62,388 nt of DNA, taken from a virus. Lineage: Duplodnaviria > Caudoviricetes. Of this stretch, positions 44,887 through 54,405 are shown piece by piece. Each line of letters starts with the position of its first letter. Position 1 is the stretch's first letter. The notes under the pieces were generated by a model, which saw only the letters and a program-made list of their open reading frames with translations, was not told the origin of the DNA and did not search any database. Both the position numbers and the translations under genes were made by a program. The stretch lies in the IMG/VR virus record IMGVR_UViG_3300010376_000037, positions 1-62,388 of that record. One strand, 5' to 3'.

Positions 44887-46688
44887 CAGCCGCTAGGTTG
44901 TAAGATCCAGCTGTCGCCGCTGGCGTTGGGGATCGGGTTGGTGCTCGACCACGTCAGCGTCACCGCCGTCAGCTGCTGCTCGCTGTAACCCTGCGGCCAG
45001 ATCCAGCACTGGATCTGCTGCGTCGCGGTGTCGCAGGTGATGCCGATCCACACCCAGCGGTTCCAGTCGCTCCACTGATACGCCGCATCGATGATCGGAT
45101 TTCCGCCGCTGTCCCAGGCCCGCACCACGATCTGGTTGGCTTCGGTTGCCGCATTGAAGATGCCGATCTCCAGGCTGCTGTTGCCGAACACCAGCCCGCG
45201 CGGGCTCCCTACCAGATACACCCAGTCACTGAACACGAAGCTGCTGAAGCTGGCACCGACGTCGGTCAGCGCACCCGCCGTCGCCAGCTGCGCCGGGGTG
45301 GTGATGGTCACCGCGGCCGGGCAGAACTCGTTCTGGATCTGCGTGGTGTAAGGCGCCCCGGTGCCGCTCTCCACGTCGATCTCGAACTTGCGCATGAAGA
45401 TACGACGGCGGTCGCTGTGGATCGGCGGCCCCACGAGCAGCGCCCGCTGGATCGCGCCGAACTCGGTGAACACGTTGTTGTTCATCTGATCGACCCGCCC
45501 GCTGAGCGAGTCACCGAACAGCACCTCCGGGTAGTTCTCGATCGAGCTGGAGCTGTTCAGCGCGCAATTGACCCGCCAGCGGCCGATCGAGGTGTCGTGG
45601 TTATCGTCGAGCCAGCTCTCCCGCTCGTGCCAGCGCTTGGTGGCGAGGTCGAGCGTCCAGGTCGCCTTCGCCTGCGGGAAGATCAGCGCGATCATCTTGT
45701 GGCCCATCACCGTGTAGGAGAAGGCCTTGGTGTGCACGTGGCCGCGATACTTCTGCCACTGCGTCTCGATCGCGTGGTTGCTCTGCCGCTCCGGCACGAA
45801 GCCGTTCAGCCGGTAGTAGATCAGGTCGTCGCCCAAGAAGAAGCAGGTGTTGTCCTCCAGCACCACGCTGTAGGGCGCCATCAGCCCGCGCTGGATCAGC
45901 GCGCCGAACGAGCGCTGGAAGGGGAACTGCGGCTCCGGATTGCCGGCGTCATACCAGACCTCGCAGCGCTTCTCGCCGAACACGAACAGCTGCTGGTGCA
46001 CGTTGGCGCAGGCCACGATCAGGTCGCTGGTGGCCTCCTTGCGCGCCACCTGCGGCGCCTCCAGCGAGCCGTCGTTGGTCAGGTCGACGAACGGCGCCAC
46101 GCCGTCCCACTGCGGCGGCGAGATGAAGAAGTCCTGCGTGCCTTTGCGCGAGAACACGAAGTAGGTGTCGTAGTAGGTGACGGTGTTCGACGGGTAGAAG
46201 TTGGGGTCGCTGATCTGCCGCACCCCGATGCTCGGGCCATACACCCAGCCAGACGTCCCATCGACCCAGCACAGGATGCGGCCGTTGCCGTCGACGCTGC
46301 AGCCGTTCACCGAGACCGAGGTGCGCCCGAGATAGGTCGCGGTGCCGCTGTGGTTGATCGAGTAGAGCGAATCGGCGGTCAGCGCGTAGACGATGCCGCC
46401 CATGGTGGTGAACTGGATCACCGGCCCCTTGCCGCAGCTGGCGAAGGGCGCGGTCCCGGGGTGCATGAAAATCGCTACAGGCGCTTTTGACTTGGCGTCA
46501 GGGATCGACTGTTCACTGAACATATTCACGCATCTTGATGCGTTTAACGGCAGGCTGTTCGCCACATAAGTCTGGCTCAGCCAATCTTGGATTTGCGGAA
46601 TGACACGTCCCTCCGCTACGCTGCGGGCCGCATCAGCGCTGGAACGCTGGTGCGACCCTGGCCAATGCCCACCTCGGAGAATAGGCAA
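44886..46688 (-). CDS. P22 gp10-like tail hub / packaged-DNA stabilisation protein, lacking its usual C-terminus
   Basis: SRCVNMF..VTYYDTYFVF..VFGEKRCEVWY..FPFQR..SNHAIE..TWTLDLATKRWHER..FEIDVESG. The true start is probably near 46600. Confidence 0.8.
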   Translation of the reverse strand: MPILRGGHWPGSHQRSSADAARSVAEGRVIPQIQDWLSQTYVANSLPLNASRCVNMFSEQSIPDAKSKAPVAIFMHPGTAPFASCGKGPVIQFTTMGGIVYALTADSLYSINHSGTATYLGRTSVSVNGCSVDGNGRILCWVDGTSGWVYGPSIGVRQISDPNFYPSNTVTYYDTYFVFSRKGTQDFFISPPQWDGVAPFVDLTNDGSLEAPQVARKEATSDLIVACANVHQQLFVFGEKRCEVWYDAGNPEPQFPFQRSFGALIQRGLMAPYSVVLEDNTCFFLGDDLIYYRLNGFVPERQSNHAIETQWQKYRGHVHTKAFSYTVMGHKMIALIFPQAKATWTLDLATKRWHERESWLDDNHDTSIGRWRVNCALNSSSSIENYPEVLFGDSLSGRVDQMNNNVFTEFGAIQRALLVGPPIHSDRRRIFMRKFEIDVESGTGAPYTTQIQNEFCPAAVTITTPAQLATAGALTDVGASFSSFVFSDWVYLVGSPRGLVFGNSSLEIGIFNAATEANQIVVRAWDSGGNPIIDAAYQWSDWNRWVWIGITCDTATQQIQCWIWPQGYSEQQLTAVTLTWSSTNPIPNASGDSWILQPSG

Positions 46689-47212
46689 TGGTTACCACTA
46701 AACTGTCTTCGCTTCGTCGACTCCGCCAGTTGTTCGATTACGACCCTGAGACTGACGTTCTCAGCTACAAGATGAAGCGGCCAAGGTCGATGTTCGGCAA
46801 CGAAGGCAACTACGCGAAGTACCACAAGATTTGGGCGGGAAAGCCCATTAAGCCGTCCAGCAATCGGCAAATCTGGATCGATGGCAAGATATTCCTGGTC
46901 CATAGGATCATCTGGAAAATGGCCACCGGGCGGGAGCCCAGCATTATCGACCACGCCAACAGGGACAATAAGGATAACCGCAGACACAATTTGCGAACGT
47001 GCACCATGTCCCAGAACGCAGCTAACCGTCATGGCAGCGGAGGCAAATATCTGAAAGGCACCCGCCCTCACCATGGAGGATGGATAGCAACCATTGGGGT
47101 TCGTAGGCGTCGACTCTTCCTTGGATACTTCCCCACCGAAGCCGAAGCCCACGCCGCCTACTGCGCTGCTGGTAGGAAATATTTCGGAAAGTTCTTCCAC
47201 GATGGCGCCTAG
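46688..47212 (+). mobile_element. Free-standing HNH-AP2 homing endonuclease gene, inserted antisense
   Basis: VHRIIW..IDHANRDNKDNRRHNLR..LGYFPTEAEAHAAY; lower GC. Confidence 0.88.
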
Positions 47213-48882
47213 GTGTCTCGCCATGACGGGTAACCCTGCAGCCCAAAATAAATGGACTGCGGCTCGCGGTCCCAGGCCTGCGCCACCAGCAGCTTGTCGT
47301 CAGCCAGCAACTTCAGCTCCTGGAAGCCTGCCATCGGGTTCTTCAGCACCGCCGCCCGCCGCTCGGCGTGCTCGGGCCACAGCTCGACGGCGAGGCAGTA
47401 GCGCAGCGCGGTGCTCCATTCCACGGGGAAGTTGTCGTTGGTGTGCAGGTCGGCGAACGTGGTCAACGGCAGCTGCGCGGTGAACATCATGGCTGAATTG
47501 GGGTTGGTCGTGGTGACCCAGGTGCTCAGCACGCCCTGGCCCAGCTGCGGGTCATAGAAGTAGGCGTTGACCTCGCCCAGCGCGTCTTTGTTGGTCTGCG
47601 CGGCGTAGTCGATCCTGGCGTAGACCGTGAGCGTGGTCTCGATCCTGGCGGGCACGCCGCCGTTGCCGGCATAGGTCATGCGGCGGGCTGAAGGCACCTT
47701 CAGGGGCCGTATCAGATCCTGGGTATAGGCGATCACCCGGTTGCCGCCGGAGGCGCTACGCGGCAGCGGAGCGGCCAGGGTGACGGTGGTTCCCGCCACC
47801 GCCGCGACCGTGGTCCAGAGGTATTGCGGCAAGGGGTCGGACAGGATGCCGATCTGCATGCCGACGGTGATCGTGACGCTGCTGGCCAGCGTGATGCTGA
47901 CGGTGCCCGCGGGCGCGCTGACGGCGAGCCAGGACTGCACCCAGTTATCCGAGCGGCAGCAGTGATCGGTGGTGCCCTGGCCGATCCTGTAGACCCGCTG
48001 GCCGGGCTGCAGGAACAGGGTCGCGTCGCACTCGGTCCAGAGGTGGATCTGCCGCGCCTGCCACTCCTGCACCATGGCATTGAGGCTGTAGAAGCCGTTG
48101 TTGATCAGCCCGAGCGTCGGGGTGTCCTGCGGTCCCGAGCCGCCGCACAGGCGCAGCGCGCCAGCGATCAGCTGGTAGACCGGCTGGGTGAACGGCAGCG
48201 TGGTGGTGCCGGCGGGCTCGACGTCCCAGCCCTTGACCGTGGCGAGCTTCTCGTCGGCGAGATCCTTGAGGATCTTCAGCCGCTCGGCCGGGACGTCGTA
48301 TTCCGGCGCCAGCTCGACGGCGAGCGCGAAGCGCAGCGCGCTGATCCACTCCTGCGGCAGGTCCGCGGTGTCGCGCTGGGTGTCGAAGCTCTGCAGCGGC
48401 CGCTGGCCGACGAACCGCGCGGTGCCGGCAGCGGCCGGGGTCGGGTAGACGGTGAGGATGCCGTAGGGCAGCTGCGGGTCGTAGAAGTACTGCGACGGCG
48501 CCGCCTGTGGGTTCGCCTTGTTGGAGAGGTTGGCCAGATCCCAGCGGCTCATCGGGATCAGCGGCACCTCCTGATCGCCGAGCATGAGGCGGCCGCCCGT
48601 GATCTTCAGCGGCCGCGGCGAGGTGCCGACGTCGGGCGCACCGATGCCGATCTGATAGACGCTCTGGCCGGCCACCAGCGGCACGGTGAAGGTGGTCTGC
48701 GTCCAGACGTGCAGGCCGCTCGCCTGCAGCGCATGGATCAGGCCGTTCAGGCTGGCGAGCGCGTCTTCCCACTCCTCGGCGGGCGGCGCTTCGCCCGACT
48801 GGATGGCGGAGATCAGCCGCATCGCCCCGGTGATGATCTGGTATGTACTCGATGTCCAGTCGTAGTCGCCGCTGCTTGCCAT
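47209..48882 (-). CDS. Head-tail adaptor-like protein with internal tandem duplication
   Basis: Two copies of YQ.I.GA.RL..LN......Q....H.WT..YFYDPQL..P.EW..ALR..LAVEL.PE. Confidence 0.75.
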   Translation of the reverse strand: MASSGDYDWTSSTYQIITGAMRLISAIQSGEAPPAEEWEDALASLNGLIHALQASGLHVWTQTTFTVPLVAGQSVYQIGIGAPDVGTSPRPLKITGGRLMLGDQEVPLIPMSRWDLANLSNKANPQAAPSQYFYDPQLPYGILTVYPTPAAAGTARFVGQRPLQSFDTQRDTADLPQEWISALRFALAVELAPEYDVPAERLKILKDLADEKLATVKGWDVEPAGTTTLPFTQPVYQLIAGALRLCGGSGPQDTPTLGLINNGFYSLNAMVQEWQARQIHLWTECDATLFLQPGQRVYRIGQGTTDHCCRSDNWVQSWLAVSAPAGTVSITLASSVTITVGMQIGILSDPLPQYLWTTVAAVAGTTVTLAAPLPRSASGGNRVIAYTQDLIRPLKVPSARRMTYAGNGGVPARIETTLTVYARIDYAAQTNKDALGEVNAYFYDPQLGQGVLSTWVTTTNPNSAMMFTAQLPLTTFADLHTNDNFPVEWSTALRYCLAVELWPEHAERRAAVLKNPMAGFQELKLLADDKLLVAQAWDREPQSIYFGLQGYPSWRDT

Positions 48883-48883
48883 G

Positions 48884-49012
48884 TCAGCTCACCACGATCT
48901 GTGGGTTTACGAAGACGGTAGTGGAAGGGCGACCCAGCCGCACGAGGCCGCGCAGCCGCCCGGCCTGCTGCGGGGTGCTGACCGTTACACTCGAAACGAA
49001 CCAATCGGCCAT
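48884..49012 (-). CDS. 42-aa ORF, possible internally deleted remnant
   Basis: MADWFVSSVTVSTPQQAGRLRGLVRLGRPSTTVFVNPQIVVS fills the gap between two genes exactly. Confidence 0.5.
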   Translation of the reverse strand: MADWFVSSVTVSTPQQAGRLRGLVRLGRPSTTVFVNPQIVVS

Positions 49013-50176
49013 TTACGCCATCACCATGACAAAGCTGCCGCCAACGACGGGTGGCGCAATCGCCACGCTGCTCCACTGCTCGATCGCCAGCTGCGTCGCC
49101 TGCATCTGCGGGGGAATGATGCGCGCCCACTGCTCGACCACGAGCTGGGTGGCCTGCATCGTCGTTGCGGGCGCTGCCACACCCCAATTCGCGAAGCCGC
49201 TCGGCCTCGTGCCGACAAATGCGCTGTTGCCGATATTCAGCGTGAATGCATCGCTGGCTGCCCAGGGCACGCAGACGGGTGCTACGCTGGTGCCGATCGC
49301 CGAGTAGTTGAAGCCGCCAGTGCCGGCCACCGGGTCAGCAGTGCCGCTACCGTTCCACTGCCCGGCAGCACCCTGCCGGGCCCAGATGAGCGTGTTGGTC
49401 AGATCGATTGCAAGGCAGATCGTCGTGCCTTGCGCGCAAGGCCCCATGCTGCCGAAGCCGGCCGAGGCAGCACCATTAAAATAGGGCGTGAAGCCCTGGT
49501 AAAACATCAGGCCATTCAGGGCGTTGCCGCCAAGGCCATTAAAAGCAGCAGCCGCATTGGCAATCCCGCATCCGGTATCGCCAGTGGTGGCTGTGGTGAA
49601 CGTGCATTCGAAGTAGTACTTGCCGGAACTACGGAATAGGCTGCGCGCACCCGCGGTGCTGGCACCCGAGTAGGCCGTAGCTACGAGGTTGTTGGAACTC
49701 AGCGTCGCAGACTTGGTGTCCAGCGTGTTCCAGGCCGTGCCGATCGCAGCAGTCACCGTGATGGTCTGCGTCTGGCCAGACGCGGTCCAGGCCGAGGCGT
49801 TCAGCGCGGCGCATGCGTCGGTCCATGTGCTGCCATCGTCGGAATAAACCAGACCGAACTGGGTCGGTGTGCCGGTATAGTTTGCGCCGGAACTGACGAC
49901 GACCGAGGCAATATCCCACGCGTTACCGGCACCGAAGTCGTATTGCCACCACGCATTGCGGTAGTCACCGCCGGCACCGACCCATTCGGTTGCGGTGCTG
50001 CCGTCAACCGCTTTTGGCGCGTCGGTGGTGCCGGGAATACTGACCGACGACGCGGTCGCTGTGCCTGTACCAATACGATTAGTGTTGCTGGCATCACGCA
50101 ACTGGATTTCGGCCAGCTCTAAGCCATTCGCGCCCGCTTGCAGGCCGGCAATGCGCCAGTAGCGATGCGCTGCCAT
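49013..50176 (-). CDS. Discoidin-like plus SPRY/concanavalin-like virion protein
   Basis: HRYWRI..LAEIQL..KAVDG..WWQYDFG..YSDDG; TLSSNNLVAT..SGKYYFE. Confidence 0.7.
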   Translation of the reverse strand: MAAHRYWRIAGLQAGANGLELAEIQLRDASNTNRIGTGTATASSVSIPGTTDAPKAVDGSTATEWVGAGGDYRNAWWQYDFGAGNAWDIASVVVSSGANYTGTPTQFGLVYSDDGSTWTDACAALNASAWTASGQTQTITVTAAIGTAWNTLDTKSATLSSNNLVATAYSGASTAGARSLFRSSGKYYFECTFTTATTGDTGCGIANAAAAFNGLGGNALNGLMFYQGFTPYFNGAASAGFGSMGPCAQGTTICLAIDLTNTLIWARQGAAGQWNGSGTADPVAGTGGFNYSAIGTSVAPVCVPWAASDAFTLNIGNSAFVGTRPSGFANWGVAAPATTMQATQLVVEQWARIIPPQMQATQLAIEQWSSVAIAPPVVGGSFVMVMA

Positions 50177-52260
50177 CAGGCAGTAACCGTCGGGCCGATA
50201 GTTACGTTTGAAACCGCTGTCGCCGTCCACGCAGCGCCGGTCGCCGGATCAGTCGTGTCGGTGCGCCACATCCATGCCCAAGTTGTGCTAAGCGGCCCCG
50301 GCGTGCTCTGCACTGTGGTGCCGGTGTTGATCGTGCCGAAACCTGCGGTGAAACCGGCCGGCACTGCGCCAGAGAATGCAGACTGACCGAAGTTAGCTGT
50401 GTAGCCGTCACCTACGTTGTTGAACCCAACGAATGCGAACATGGCACCAGTCAGTGGAGAGAGCGCGAGACCTCCTGTGCCCGTAGCAGGATTATTAGCG
50501 CTGCCTGACGTAGCGTTCCATGGTCCTGTGGGGCTGGAACGAACCCAAAAGAGTTGGGCGCCCATGTCAATTGCAATACAGACCACGGCACCCGTGCTGA
50601 AACTAGGAACGTTGCCAACCCCTACGCCGTTGTTGTAAATGCCACCGTTTGGACTGACCAAGAGAGCACTCGACACCGTCGAGCTGGTAATAAGTGACGC
50701 CGTGGCATTGGCGATCCCGGTCCAGGCATAGACGCTGGTCGAAGCGTTCGCTGTGGTTTCCCAATAGTATTTGCCCGACGTAGCACTCACCACGGAGCGC
50801 ACACCAGCGTTCCCGGTTGATGTCGCCGTGAGATTGCTTCCCGAAAGAGTAATAGCCGCTCGATCTGCCGGGTTCCATGTCGTCGGCGTGAACGCACCTG
50901 TGGCGCCGCTGCGCAACTGCACCGCGCCAGAGCGCGATCCGGCGTCGGATTTCTGAAGGAAGCCGCGCGTGGTGACGGCGACAATGCTGGCCGGCGTCAC
51001 GCCGATCGAGCCGATGCCGTAGAAGTCGGCGTCGCCCACATTGCTGTCGTAGACGTAGCTGGTGGCGCCGTCCTGCTGCGGGTCGTTCACCATCGAGTTG
51101 TTCGTATTCGCGTTGATGGTGATGCTGCTGTTGATCGCATCGTTGCTTGCGCTTCCGGGGCCTGACGCGAGCGTCGGATTGGCAGTAGGGAAGGCTGCGT
51201 AGGTTACAGTAGCGGAAGCCGAGAAAGCACCGGCCCCAGTGCGAGTGGCCCATTGTCCAGTGCTTGTATCACCCATGAAGCCAATCCAGATCGGCGTGCC
51301 ACGCGTGACAGCGACCGGCGGCGAGAAGGTGAATGTTGTAGCGCCGGTTACGACCGGCGTGACCGGCGTTGCGGTCCCCAGTATGGCACCCGGACCACCA
51401 GAACCCCCGTTTGAGTCGAATATCGCACACTTCGCATTCCCGGAGTTGCCAGTGCCGCAGACACACGTCGCGACGCTGAGATTACCGCTGAACGAAGGGG
51501 TGAACTGGACGTAACGGGCCTGGGTGTTATTTATTGCAGAGGCTGCGCCACCGCCGCCGTTCGTCTGCGTATTACCCCCCGCGCCGCTGCGGCTGAACTG
51601 CACACTGGCATCACTCGCCGGCATCCGCACATAGGTTCGCACATCACCGACCCACGCCACGCTCGATGCGTCGGAGCGCCAGAGGACATCATCAAACTGC
51701 TGCCCCGTCGCAGCATTCTGCGTCGATAGTGACAGCCGGTTGGCGTAGTTGTTCGCAGTGCCGCCGCGTGTGTTCAACGAGCCCAGCGTGAAATCGTTCG
51801 ACGTGTTGCCGTTCTTGCGCACGGTAAACGAGCCGGTCGTGTTATTGATGACGATCTCGAACTCGAACGCGAACCACTGATTTTGCAGGGTGATCGCGCC
51901 CGTATAGGTCGCCAGCGTCGTGCCGCCGGGGGCACCGGACTGCAACAGTATCGCACCGTCCGAGCGGAAGACGATCGAGCACTGGGCTGTCGCACCATCA
52001 CTCAACTGGATATTGTTTGCTGCGGTCGAGCCGGTGATGGCGGAGGTCTGACGGATCGCGCACACGATGTGATGCACCGCATCGTTCGCTGGCGAGTTCT
52101 TGAACCAGAAGAAGCCGTTGGCCGGCGCGAGAGCCTGTGAGCCGGTGAACCGCCCCGGCGTTATCAACGAGAACTGAGTAGCCGCGTTATCCCAGTAACC
52201 AGCGCCAGCATCAGCAACCGCAGCATACAGATCGAAACTATCGCCGAAGATATACGCCAT
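50176..52260 (-). CDS. Lectin-like virion protein with SPRY-like domain
   Basis: Starts MAYIFGDSFD; TWNPAD..TLSGSNLTAT..SGKYYWE..ANFGQSAF. Confidence 0.7.
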   Translation of the reverse strand: MAYIFGDSFDLYAAVADAGAGYWDNAATQFSLITPGRFTGSQALAPANGFFWFKNSPANDAVHHIVCAIRQTSAITGSTAANNIQLSDGATAQCSIVFRSDGAILLQSGAPGGTTLATYTGAITLQNQWFAFEFEIVINNTTGSFTVRKNGNTSNDFTLGSLNTRGGTANNYANRLSLSTQNAATGQQFDDVLWRSDASSVAWVGDVRTYVRMPASDASVQFSRSGAGGNTQTNGGGGAASAINNTQARYVQFTPSFSGNLSVATCVCGTGNSGNAKCAIFDSNGGSGGPGAILGTATPVTPVVTGATTFTFSPPVAVTRGTPIWIGFMGDTSTGQWATRTGAGAFSASATVTYAAFPTANPTLASGPGSASNDAINSSITINANTNNSMVNDPQQDGATSYVYDSNVGDADFYGIGSIGVTPASIVAVTTRGFLQKSDAGSRSGAVQLRSGATGAFTPTTWNPADRAAITLSGSNLTATSTGNAGVRSVVSATSGKYYWETTANASTSVYAWTGIANATASLITSSTVSSALLVSPNGGIYNNGVGVGNVPSFSTGAVVCIAIDMGAQLFWVRSSPTGPWNATSGSANNPATGTGGLALSPLTGAMFAFVGFNNVGDGYTANFGQSAFSGAVPAGFTAGFGTINTGTTVQSTPGPLSTTWAWMWRTDTTDPATGAAWTATAVSNVTIGPTVTA

Positions 52261-52291
52261 CGTATCTACACCCGCGCCGCCAGGATGGTGA

Positions 52292-52630
52292 TCACCACTC
52301 GCGGCCGGACCACGTCTGGCCGGTCGTGGCGCCGTAGATCGACAACGCGCCGTTCGGCACCAGCGGACTGCCGGGATTGCCGCAGGTATATTGCGCGCCG
52401 GCCGGCACCCGGATGCTCGGCGATGCCGCTGTGGCGGTGCCGAGATCATTCACCCAGAGATCGCCCGCGGAAGTATTCTGGATCGTGCAGCCCCGGCGAT
52501 TTGGGTTGGTCGCCGACGCCTGCTGCGCGGTGCCACCCGTGGTGACCGAGCCGCTGATGTTGGACATGTATACCGCCTGGGCGTGCGCCAGCGACGGCAG
52601 CAGGAGTGCTGCTAGTGCGATGAGCCTCAT
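52292..52630 (-). CDS. Small beta-rich protein with Sec signal peptide
   Basis: MRLIALAALLLPSLAHA-Q; RBS GGAG. Confidence 0.7.
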   Translation of the reverse strand: MRLIALAALLLPSLAHAQAVYMSNISGSVTTGGTAQQASATNPNRRGCTIQNTSAGDLWVNDLGTATAASPSIRVPAGAQYTCGNPGSPLVPNGALSIYGATTGQTWSGREW

Positions 52631-52641
52631 GGGTTGCTCCA

Positions 52642-54405
52642 TCATTGCGTGACTGCCTGTAGCTCGGTGACAGGTAGCGCGCGCGGCCAATACCGCAAAC
52701 GGCGTATCCAGCCGTTCAACTGCGCATTACGGCCATAACCAATCGTAAATCTCGACAGCGTTGCAGGAAGCCCCGTCGTCGTGGCCGAAGCTGCTGTTCC
52801 GCCATTCAACAGGGATGTCAGGACGAGCGAGGGATAATCATAGGTGGTGCCTAATTTGTACACCATGTAGGCACTGAGGGCGCCGTCGATATTACTTCCC
52901 CTGTTGATGCTTGCCGTGAACGAAGTAGCGCCGTAATTGGTCGTTCCGCCCTGCTGGCGGAGTTCTATCGTGTCGCTACCAGACCCGGTATCAAGCCCTA
53001 CAATCGCTGCATTAGTTTGAATTGCACTGACATACGGCACCATGATGTCGGGCGCTATCGTTCCAGCCGAGACCCTGGCTGGATACGTCATCGTTACAGT
53101 GTCTGCGGACCGGGTTGTCGCACTCGCTCCGGACGGGATGTATGAGGTTGGGCTGGACCAAGATGCGCCCGCCTCCAATTGCCATCCCCAGAAATACATC
53201 CCGCTGACGCCGTCACCCTGATAAGTCGTCAGCAGCTGCGTGTTCGTCAGGTATAGGCCGATACCAGACGTGCTGGTCGTGGTGAAGACGATCCAGCATC
53301 TATACCACCCGTTCGGATAGCGGGTTATGCCATGCACGAAACTGGCGGCGCTGCCGGTGGTGATATCCGCCCCGTTCGCCACATCCCAGACGGGGTTCAG
53401 TCCTGCGGCGGTCAGTCCCAGTCCGTTCATGTACACGTAGCGCGGACCGCCTGGACCCGCTTTGGCGAAGAAGGAGAAGGCGTACTGCGTAGCGTTAGTG
53501 ATGGCTATCCCTGGCGCGAAAAAATGATTGGCGTTTGAAGTGTCCTCTTGAAACAGATAGGCGGTCGCCGTCCCGTCAAGCGCTGCCGCGGGACTGGTCC
53601 ATGATCCGCCCCCCGAGATTGGCCACGCGGACGCATTGCTGCTGTTCAGCGCTTGGTTAGTCCGCGCCTCCTCGATCAGCAGACCTCGGGTCGTATGCGC
53701 CACCGGGTCATAGTCGAAGCGTGGCACGCCGGAAGCGGCGGTCTGCATCGTGCCGGTAGCATCAAAGTAAGTTGCGGTGGATGCCCGGGTGAACGTCAGC
53801 CGGCTATCGAGCGGGGCTTGCATGAAGCTGATGTCAAAGTCTGGAGGCGCCGCATCGTTTGACGGATATACAACCGCATAGGCGTGGACCAAGGTCAGCG
53901 TTTCGGTGGAGAGGGCGAGTTGGCCATTGATGTTCAAATAGAAGTCGGCGGTCACGTCCAACGCAGTTGCTGTGTTGGCCAAGATACTCGATCCGAATGG
54001 CGTCGTTGGCGGGAAGCTGTAAATCGTCTGAGCGTTTGTCGCGTTATTGCTGCGAATGATGGTCAAGGTCTGAGCGGTAGCGGTCGTCGTGACCGTGGTG
54101 GCGGAGCCGGCAACAGGTCCGACAATCGCTCCAGCCGTGGTGCCAACCCTTATGGCTAAAATCTTGTTGTTAGCTGAGTTCGTGTAGCTCCAAAGACACT
54201 TTACCTCGACGTGGCCATTCTTCCCCATCGATCCGGCGGGGATTTTCAGCGCCGCAAGGTTCGTCTCGCTCGTCGTGCCGGTGACCGATGTCTGCCCCTG
54301 GGTTGCGGCGACGATGAAGCCGGATGGCGGTGCGACGATCGTCTGCGCCGTCGCCGGCATCGCCAGCAGCAGCGCAGCCCACAGCAGGAGTGCGATGCGG
54401 ATCAT
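52642..54405 (-). CDS. Signal-peptide protein: shared approx. 160-aa domain plus fibre/lectin-like region
   Basis: MIRIALLLWAALLLAMPATA-Q; FTRASTATYFD..PRFDY..GLLIEEARTN..WGWQLEAG..TSYIP. Confidence 0.75.
   Translation of the reverse strand: MIRIALLLWAALLLAMPATAQTIVAPPSGFIVAATQGQTSVTGTTSETNLAALKIPAGSMGKNGHVEVKCLWSYTNSANNKILAIRVGTTAGAIVGPVAGSATTVTTTATAQTLTIIRSNNATNAQTIYSFPPTTPFGSSILANTATALDVTADFYLNINGQLALSTETLTLVHAYAVVYPSNDAAPPDFDISFMQAPLDSRLTFTRASTATYFDATGTMQTAASGVPRFDYDPVAHTTRGLLIEEARTNQALNSSNASAWPISGGGSWTSPAAALDGTATAYLFQEDTSNANHFFAPGIAITNATQYAFSFFAKAGPGGPRYVYMNGLGLTAAGLNPVWDVANGADITTGSAASFVHGITRYPNGWYRCWIVFTTTSTSGIGLYLTNTQLLTTYQGDGVSGMYFWGWQLEAGASWSSPTSYIPSGASATTRSADTVTMTYPARVSAGTIAPDIMVPYVSAIQTNAAIVGLDTGSGSDTIELRQQGGTTNYGATSFTASINRGSNIDGALSAYMVYKLGTTYDYPSLVLTSLLNGGTAASATTTGLPATLSRFTIGYGRNAQLNGWIRRLRYWPRALPVTELQAVTQ

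Noticed and set aside
46600-47212. Group I intron around the HNH gene
   Set aside because: The gene is antisense and intergenic, with too little flanking sequence for an intron core.
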